Assembly: GCF_000341895.1 (NCBI RefSeq)
Contig: NC_020409.1
Coordinates: 3,362,411 to 3,394,410, forward strand
Reading direction: 5' to 3'
DNA: 32,000 nucleotides
From: Pseudodesulfovibrio piezophilus C1TLV30
GTDB taxonomy: Bacteria > Desulfobacterota > Desulfovibrionia > Desulfovibrionales > Desulfovibrionaceae
Part shown: piece by piece, positions 26,777 through 32,000 of the stretch
Layout: each line of letters starts with the position of its first letter
Position numbering within the stretch: the first letter of the stretch is position 1
The notes under the pieces: model-generated
Database searches by the model: none
Told to the model about the DNA's origin: nothing
The model's input: only the letters and a program-made list of their open reading frames with translations
Program-made: the position numbers and the translations under genes

Positions 26777-27761
26777 CGCTTCCACCTCTGCTGATAACAA
26801 TTTTCCCTTCGTCTTCCAGACGGCGGACAGTCTTGACGATGCTCTGCTGGGCCGCCTCGACCTCTGAGAGCTTCTTGGGCGGCATGATTTCCAGGTCTTC
26901 CTTGATCATGGCGCTGGCACGTTCTGACAGATTCTTGAAGAACTTCTCCCTGAGATCTTCGGATGCACCCTTGAGTGCGACGGTGAGGTCTTCGTTGGAA
27001 ACTTCCTTGAGCAATTCGCGGATGGCGACGTCGTCCACACTCTTGACGTCTTCAAAGACGAACATGAGATTGCGGATGTCTTCGGCCATTTGAGTTGATT
27101 CCTCTTCGATTTCAGAGAGGACTTCTTCTTCAGTATTGCGGTCCACGGCATTAAGGATTTCCGCGACAGACGGGACGCCTCCGACCTTCTTGCCTTCCTT
27201 GCCTCCCATGGCGATAAGCTGGCTTTGCAGCACCTTGTCCACCTCCATGAGCATCTCCTCTGCAACAGCTTCGAGTTTTGCCAGGCGCATGAGCACTTCG
27301 GCCCGTACTCCGGCTGGCAGATTCTGGATGAGTTCTGCGGCCTGGTCGGGATGCAGATGCCCGAGGATGAGCGCCAGGGTTTGCGGGTGCTCGTTTCTGA
27401 GAATCTGGGCCAGGATGCGGGGGCTGACATTGCCCAGCTCCTGAAAGGGGATAGGCCCGGTATTCAAGTCCAGGGAGTCCATGATGTATTTTGCTGTTTC
27501 ACTGTCCAGGGATTTGGTCAGCAAACGCTTGACCTGTTCCGCACCGCCAACCAGGAGTTCCGCTCCGTAGGCCAAGGCTTCGTTGTACTCCTTGAGCACT
27601 TCGAGTACCTGTTCTCTGGGAATGGAATCCGTGGTGAGCATTGCCTTGGAAACCGCAGCAATTTCATTGCGTTCCATTCTTTTGAAGACATCCGCCGTGA
27701 ATTTGTCGCCAAGAGCGAGCAAAACGATGGCAGTCTTTTGCGGTCCGGTGAAGTCAGCCAT
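26763..27761 (-). CDS. fliG: Flagellar motor switch protein FliG
   Basis: 332 aa. MADFTGPQKTAIVLLALG is a typical FliG N-terminus. An EHPQ motif (NEHPQTLALIL) and the C-terminal torque helix region are present. Confidence 0.93.
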   Translation of the reverse strand: MADFTGPQKTAIVLLALGDKFTADVFKRMERNEIAAVSKAMLTTDSIPREQVLEVLKEYNEALAYGAELLVGGAEQVKRLLTKSLDSETAKYIMDSLDLNTGPIPFQELGNVSPRILAQILRNEHPQTLALILGHLHPDQAAELIQNLPAGVRAEVLMRLAKLEAVAEEMLMEVDKVLQSQLIAMGGKEGKKVGGVPSVAEILNAVDRNTEEEVLSEIEEESTQMAEDIRNLMFVFEDVKSVDDVAIRELLKEVSNEDLTVALKGASEDLREKFFKNLSERASAMIKEDLEIMPPKKLSEVEAAQQSIVKTVRRLEDEGKIVISRGGSDVFV

Positions 27762-29363
27762 CTATGCACCTTCCTCCTGGGTGAGCCAGGTCTTGAGCAG
27801 ATGCACTGCCTGGTCGATGTTTTCGTCAGACAGTTGCACTGCATGATTTTTCGCATTTTCGATTCGTCTGGACATATCCATGGCTTCTTCATCCACTTCG
27901 TCTTCTTCGAGAGCGAGGCGTTCCGCTCCGGGCAGTCCTGCCATTTCTTCGATTTCCTGCTCGGCCACACGCGGCCTGATAAGCGCCATGACCACAGGGC
28001 GAACAACGAGGATAAGGAAGAGGAAGATCAAGAGTCCGTTCAGGAACGGCTTGCCCAGACGCTGTGCGTATTCGAGCATGGTCCGCATCAGGGAGTCGGA
28101 GTCGTAATGGGCGGGTTCACCGAAGGATATATTGCTCACTTCGATTGTATCACCACGAACAGAATCGAATCCGACCGCACTGGCAATTAAGGTCTTGATG
28201 CGTTCGATCTCCTCGTCGGAACGGGGAATGTAGACCATCTCTCCCGTTTCTTTGTCTGCCTGCCATGTTCCATCGACAATAACCGCGACTGTCAAACGTT
28301 GCAACTCCCCAACCGGGGCAATGATGTTTTCTTCCTGTTTGTTGATTTCAAAGTTGGTAGTCCGGGATTCACGAGTGGAGTCCTGGGTCGTTCGGGTGCC
28401 GGTGAACCCATCGCCACGGAAGTTCGCATCGGGTTCTCCTCCGGCCAGATTGGCAGCCCCTGCTGTTGTCTCTTCACTCCGGGTTTCGGAGCGGACAACA
28501 GAGCCGTCCGGGTCGAAGCTCTCCTTGCGGATTGTCTTCTGGCTGAAATCCAGGTCGGCATTGACGCGGGCAATGACCTTTTCAGGGCCGACAACGGGAC
28601 CGAGGAGTTCCATGATCCGTCTTTGGGTTTTGGATTCTATCCCGGCCTTGTATTCAAGTTGTGTATTGGAGAGGGCGAGACCGGCTGTGTCGTCTTCCGG
28701 TGTGTACAGGGGACGGCCCTTCATGTCGGTGACAGTGATATGCTTGGGTTCCAGACCTTCCACGGCCATGGAGACCAGATTGACGATACCCTGAACTTCA
28801 TTGGCAGCTAATTTGCCGTCATTCTTGAGTTGCAGGATGATGGAAGCGGAAGGGGGCATCTGGTCTTCAATGAACAGGGATTTTTGCGGTAAGACCAGAT
28901 GAACACGGGTCTTCACTACCTGTGGGAATTCAGTGATGGTCCGGGCCAGTTCTCCCTGAAGGGCTCGCTGGTAGTTGATATGCTGCACAAAGTCAGTCTG
29001 TCCGATCTGTACTTCGTCAAAAATTTCGAACCCAATACCCTGACCATGAAGGTTGCCTTCACCAGCAACCTGAAGCCGAAGTTCATAGACGCGATCGGCT
29101 GGGACCAGAATGGTCTTGCCATTGTCATCGAGAACGTAGTCTTCTTTGGCTGCCTGAAGCATTCCTACGACCCGCGAAGCATCTTCGGGGTACAGGTTGG
29201 TCATCAAAACCTTGTAGTCCGGTTTGTTCATCCAGAAGATCATCATGCCGAAAGCAATGATAACCGAGACCGCGAGGCCTGCGATGAGGACTCGTTGGGA
29301 CATGGTGCGGTCGGACCAGAATCCGCTGATTTTTGTCCAGTATTCTGCAATGAACGGAGGCAT
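27762..29363 (-). CDS. fliF: Flagellar MS-ring protein FliF
   Basis: 533 aa. It has N-terminal and C-proximal TM segments and YscJ/FliF family motifs (LY..L...DA..V...L). Its stop abuts the fliG ATG. Confidence 0.9.
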   Translation of the reverse strand: MPPFIAEYWTKISGFWSDRTMSQRVLIAGLAVSVIIAFGMMIFWMNKPDYKVLMTNLYPEDASRVVGMLQAAKEDYVLDDNGKTILVPADRVYELRLQVAGEGNLHGQGIGFEIFDEVQIGQTDFVQHINYQRALQGELARTITEFPQVVKTRVHLVLPQKSLFIEDQMPPSASIILQLKNDGKLAANEVQGIVNLVSMAVEGLEPKHITVTDMKGRPLYTPEDDTAGLALSNTQLEYKAGIESKTQRRIMELLGPVVGPEKVIARVNADLDFSQKTIRKESFDPDGSVVRSETRSEETTAGAANLAGGEPDANFRGDGFTGTRTTQDSTRESRTTNFEINKQEENIIAPVGELQRLTVAVIVDGTWQADKETGEMVYIPRSDEEIERIKTLIASAVGFDSVRGDTIEVSNISFGEPAHYDSDSLMRTMLEYAQRLGKPFLNGLLIFLFLILVVRPVVMALIRPRVAEQEIEEMAGLPGAERLALEEDEVDEEAMDMSRRIENAKNHAVQLSDENIDQAVHLLKTWLTQEEGA

Positions 29364-29417
29364 CTCTCTACTCCAGAAAAGTTATGGTTTCCCGTTGAAT
29401 TTCAATCTGTTCTCTGT

Positions 29418-29747
29418 CTAGAACGACAGTCTCATGATTTCCTGATAAGACTGCATCAGCTTGGACCGGACAGCACCTGTCATCTGCATGGCCAGTCCCG
29501 CCTTTTGCATGGAGATCATCAGTTCGTGGACATTCTGGCGCTTGCCGGATGCGAACTCTTCGATCATCGTATTCTTTTCAGTCTGCATCTCATTGACTGT
29601 CTTGATGGAGTTGGTCAGCGTGTCCTGAAACCCTTGTGCCGGAGCCTGGGGCTTTCTGAGGGAATTTGCGACAGTGGAATCGACAGCCTTGCGGCGGACA
29701 TCCATGGCATTCTGATACGCATTGATGGCAATACTTTTAACGACCAT
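29418..29747 (-). CDS. fliE: Flagellar hook-basal body complex protein FliE
   Basis: 109 aa. The C-terminal half (HELMISMQKAGLAMQMTGAVRSKLMQSYQEIMR) is the FliE signature. An AAGGAG SD is present. Confidence 0.85.
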   Translation of the reverse strand: MVVKSIAINAYQNAMDVRRKAVDSTVANSLRKPQAPAQGFQDTLTNSIKTVNEMQTEKNTMIEEFASGKRQNVHELMISMQKAGLAMQMTGAVRSKLMQSYQEIMRLSF

Positions 29748-29762
29748 GATAATTTCTCCTTA

Positions 29763-30203
29763 TCAACCCTGGCCGATTCGCAGAGCTTTGGTGAACATCT
29801 GCTTGACGGCGGTAATTGTTTGCACATTCGCTTCATAGCCGCGTGTGGCAGACATCATGTTGGTCATTTCTTCGACAACGTTGATATCCGGGTAGAATAC
29901 GTAGCCTTGGTCATTGGCATCGGGATGGTTCGGCTCGTAAACCTGTCGAAATGGGCGGTTGTCGGCAGTGACGCCAAGTACTTTGACGCCGTTCAATTCC
30001 CGATTGAGCTGGTCCTGCATTGCCGTATCGAATGGGGAGTAAACAGGAGTGGCTTCAAAAGAAACCGACTTGCGACGATAGGGGCCGCCTTCCAGAGTCT
30101 TGGTGGTCCTGATGTTGGCCATATTCATGGATATAACATTCAGGTTGGCGCGTTGAGCCGTGAGGCCGGATGCGCCGATATCCAGTGCTGTCATGAAGTC
30201 CAT
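29763..30203 (-). CDS. flgC: Flagellar basal-body rod protein FlgC
   Basis: 146 aa. MDFMTALDIGASGLTAQR..L.VIS.N.AN is the FlgC N-terminus. The C-terminal segment is YEAN...I.A.K.M..KAL. Confidence 0.92.
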   Translation of the reverse strand: MDFMTALDIGASGLTAQRANLNVISMNMANIRTTKTLEGGPYRRKSVSFEATPVYSPFDTAMQDQLNRELNGVKVLGVTADNRPFRQVYEPNHPDANDQGYVFYPDINVVEEMTNMMSATRGYEANVQTITAVKQMFTKALRIGQG

Positions 30204-30613
30204 TACTTAGCTCCGTCTTGTATTGCCTTCTGTATGCCGGTGAAATTCTTTCGAATGATATCGGCGAGGGCGTTGTACATCATGCCGTTCTTGGTCATCA
30301 CGGTCATTTCCTTATCCAGGTCTACGGAATCCTCACCATAAATCTGGCGTGGCTTGAAATCCTTTATTGCGTCCCCTTCAAACCCCTCGGCATCAAATGT
30401 CGCTGGCAAGTGGTTTTTTGAGGTGCGGGTCATCTTTCCGTGAGCATCCTGGTTGAGGGCGCTCTGCAACTGGGCTTCAAATTCCAGTCGGCGCGCCTTG
30501 TAGGCAGGTGTATTCACGTTGGAGATGTTGCCCATGACGAGATTTTGACGTTCCAGGCGCATGTCCATGACCTTTGCTGTCAATTCTATGTGGCTTTCAA
30601 AAATTCCCTTCAT
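30203..30613 (-). CDS. flgB: Flagellar basal-body rod protein FlgB
   Basis: 136 aa. The rod-protein N-terminal motif (RQNLVMGNISNVNTPAYK) is present. The TAATG overlap joins it to flgC. An AGGAG SD is present. Confidence 0.9.
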   Translation of the reverse strand: MKGIFESHIELTAKVMDMRLERQNLVMGNISNVNTPAYKARRLEFEAQLQSALNQDAHGKMTRTSKNHLPATFDAEGFEGDAIKDFKPRQIYGEDSVDLDKEMTVMTKNGMMYNALADIIRKNFTGIQKAIQDGAK

Positions 30614-30688
30614 GTCTTGGTACTCCTACGTTTTTTCCTGATCAGAGATCGTAGCGGGCATATTTTTCCGCCAAACTCGCAAGAGGAT

Positions 30689-30705
30689 TAGCAACTAGCG
30701 TTCCA
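30689..30705 (-). promoter_or_regulatory. sigma54 (-24/-12) promoter for the flgB operon
   Basis: The minus strand reads TGGAAC-GCTAG-TTGCTA. The GG and GC are separated by exactly 10 nt, and 5 of 6 plus TTGCT match TGGCAC-N5-TTGCW. The -12 element lies ~75 nt upstream of the flgB ATG. Confidence 0.65.
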
Positions 30706-30962
30706 AATTCGTATTCATTTGATTTTAAAGAAAAAAAGGGTCACAAGTGTGGCGAGAGAGATGTTTGTCAAAAAAATCTCAATCGAGCCATGCTGGTCAT
30801 GGAATATTCTCGTTGGGCAGAAAATGCCTTTACTTAAGGAATGTTAAGATGTGGAGCCTTTTGGGCTGAGGGGGGAGTGGATGAATTTGTATTATAATTA
30901 TGGTATGTTGCCTGATTGTTTCTCTTGTCTTAACAAAAATTGATTTAGTTTGGTGAATGTTT

Positions 30963-30978
30963 TGGCACATTGGTTGCT
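30963..30978 (+). promoter_or_regulatory. Consensus sigma54 (-24/-12) promoter for the divergent TPR gene
   Basis: TGGCAC-ATTGG-TTGCT is a perfect match to TGGCAC-N5-TTGCW. It lies ~80 nt upstream of ATG 31060. Confidence 0.7.
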
Positions 30979-31059
30979 AGGACTGGTCGCGGGCCAAATG
31001 TGGCCTGTGAGATTTTTTCAGCCCGGCCACCGGGTAAAGGAGAAATGGAGGGGAACGTC

Positions 31060-31623
31060 ATGAGTGGACATCTCGATTATGAAATTAACAAGGAACTTGG
31101 CGAATGCTACCTTTTCATGGGTGAGCTGGACAAGGCTGAAGAGTATTATCGGAAAGCCGTCAGTTCGAATGGCATTCACCCCGACCCGTATCTTGGTTTG
31201 GCCACGGTTGCCGTTCAACGCGGACAACTGGATGATGCCATTCTGATGTACGAGAAGGCTCACAAGATTGAACCATCTGACAAAAGTCTTTCCGGGATAG
31301 CGCTCATCAAGATGGAAAACGGCGATAAGGTGGAGGCTTTCTCCATGTTCGTCGAGGCCGTCAAAATGAATCCCGAAAACATGGTCGCCCTGTTCTCATT
31401 GATCAGGCTCGGCCATGAACTGGATCGTGTGGCAGACATCGTCCCGTACCTCAAGAACTGCCTTGAGGTCGATTCCAACAAGCATGAGGTGCGTTATTCC
31501 CTCGCAGGCTGCTATGTCTGCCTGGAGAAGAAGGACGAAGCCAGGGAACAGCTTGAGGCTCTCCTCGAAATGGACCCGAACTTCGATGCCGCCTCTGAGA
31601 TGCTGGCGACGATCCAGTCCTGA
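31060..31623 (+). CDS. TPR-repeat protein, divergent from the flagellar operon
   Basis: TPR-like units are present (LGECYLFMGELDKAEEYYRKAV, LGLATVAVQRGQLDDAILMYEKAHKIEP, ...). ATG 31060 has a GGAGG ~8 nt upstream. An alternative ATG lies at 31045. Confidence 0.65.
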   Translation: MSGHLDYEINKELGECYLFMGELDKAEEYYRKAVSSNGIHPDPYLGLATVAVQRGQLDDAILMYEKAHKIEPSDKSLSGIALIKMENGDKVEAFSMFVEAVKMNPENMVALFSLIRLGHELDRVADIVPYLKNCLEVDSNKHEVRYSLAGCYVCLEKKDEAREQLEALLEMDPNFDAASEMLATIQS

Positions 31624-31643
31624 TACAGGTCTCCCCTCCCCGT

Positions 31644-31687
31644 TGATTTCCCGTTCCGTTTGCGTGTGCGGATGGAACGGGAAATCA
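31644..31687 (+). terminator. Long perfect hairpin without U-tract after the TPR gene (possible terminator or mRNA stabiliser)
   Basis: A 14-bp perfect stem (TGATTTCCCGTTCC with GGAACGGGAAATCA) has a 16-nt loop and begins 21 nt after the stop. No T-run follows on either strand. Confidence 0.3.
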
Positions 31688-31909
31688 GCCTCTGAGGTTG
31701 ATCCTGGGGGAAGACATATGCTTTCGACACCCGAGTTTTCCGATTGGTGCACCATGCGTCCTCCGGGAAGGTCGAGTTCGATGGTATTTGTTTTGCGTAT
31801 CGATTGAATCTCTCCTGTGGCCTATGTGATAGGGTACAAAGACTCAAGCAGCTTGCCTTATGGCAGCAAATCTGGCACAGCCCTTCAAAACATAAAGCGA
31901 GGACTGTGC

Positions 31910-32000
31910 ATGAATCTATTGCCTGTCAAAAGAGCAATCCTGTCTGTCACCGACAAAACCGGACTTGCTGAATTCGGCCGTTTCCTATCTGACCATGGGT
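31910..32000 (+). CDS. purH: Bifunctional AICAR transformylase/IMP cyclohydrolase, N-terminal fragment (runs off the window)
   Basis: MNLLPVKRAILSVTDKTGLAEFGRFLSDHG matches the PurH MGS-like N-terminus (..ALISVSDKTG...F). A GAGGA SD lies 6 nt upstream. Confidence 0.75.
   Translation, partial: MNLLPVKRAILSVTDKTGLAEFGRFLSDHG

Noticed and set aside
28899-30341. A 480-aa plus-strand ORF spanning fliF, fliE, flgC and part of flgB. Similar long antisense ORFs occur at 27225..28190, 8203..8856 and 10566..11087.
   Set aside because: The ORF is codon-aligned antisense to fliF, fliE and flgC; offsets from 28899 are multiples of 3. Antisense stops would therefore need the sense codons TTA, CTA or TCA, which these genes rarely use. 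The translations are low-complexity and there is no SD, so this is an expected shadow ORF.
30706-30962. Short inverted repeats (CCATG-N5-CATGG, CTTAA-N6-TTAAG, GGCA-N5-TGCC) between the two sigma54 promoters, considered as enhancer-binding sites.
   Set aside because: The arms are only 4-5 bp, which is common by chance in an A/T-rich spacer. They cannot be assigned without a known EBP motif.
31687-31909. ZTP (pfl) or another purine-related riboswitch upstream of purH.
   Set aside because: I could not find the conserved pfl core or the 3' pseudoknot segment by eye. A cmscan run would be needed to exclude it formally.
1-32000. Search of the whole window for CRISPR arrays, IS or transposase genes, integrases next to the two tRNA genes, toxin-antitoxin pairs or defence islands.
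   Set aside because: I saw no repeat-spacer periodicity, no terminal inverted repeats and no recombinase-like ORFs. Both tRNA genes are flanked by housekeeping genes.

Overview
The window looks like a core chromosomal segment of a sulfate-reducer-like deltaproteobacterium. Assignment to Desulfovibrionales is an inference from gene content: Desulfovibrio-type 7-Cys ferredoxin, rubredoxin, tungsten-type aldehyde:ferredoxin oxidoreductase and sigma54-type flagellar promoters. In order, it contains: a SYLF-domain CDS (5' partial), tRNA-His(GTG) on the minus strand, murA, and an unlisted 51-aa rubredoxin. Next come an orphan promoter and terminator pair (candidate sRNA), a TylF-like methyltransferase and a CPBP intramembrane protease. 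A minus-strand aor and double class II aldolase pair follows, flanked by a TPR protein and a MoeA-PBP fusion. Then come an M29 aminopeptidase, a ferredoxin, and a YkgJ / hypothetical / TPR operon, followed by a HEAT-like protein. After that lie tRNA-Val(GAC) and the classical thrS-infC-rpmI-rplT-pheS-pheT cluster, then merR-like and asmA genes. A minus-strand flagellar operon (flgB-flgC-fliE-fliF-fliG-fliH-fliI) follows, then a divergent TPR gene and the 5' end of purH. I found no CRISPR array, IS element, integrase, prophage or recognisable defence module, and no convincing new multi-gene system. The points most worth follow-up are small-scale. (1) A near-consensus sigma70 promoter and a strong terminator bracket about 170 nt with no credible ORF. 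(2) A rubredoxin has a C-P-C-G first knuckle instead of C-x-x-C-G. (3) infC apparently starts at AUA inside the end of thrS. (4) The 181-nt rpmI-rplT spacer is structured and may be an L20 operator. (5) Divergent sigma54 promoters link an uncharacterised TPR protein to the flagellar rod/MS-ring operon. (6) The aor, aldolase and moeA-PBP neighbourhood may be a functional module. All product calls rest on my reading of translated motifs, not on database searches.
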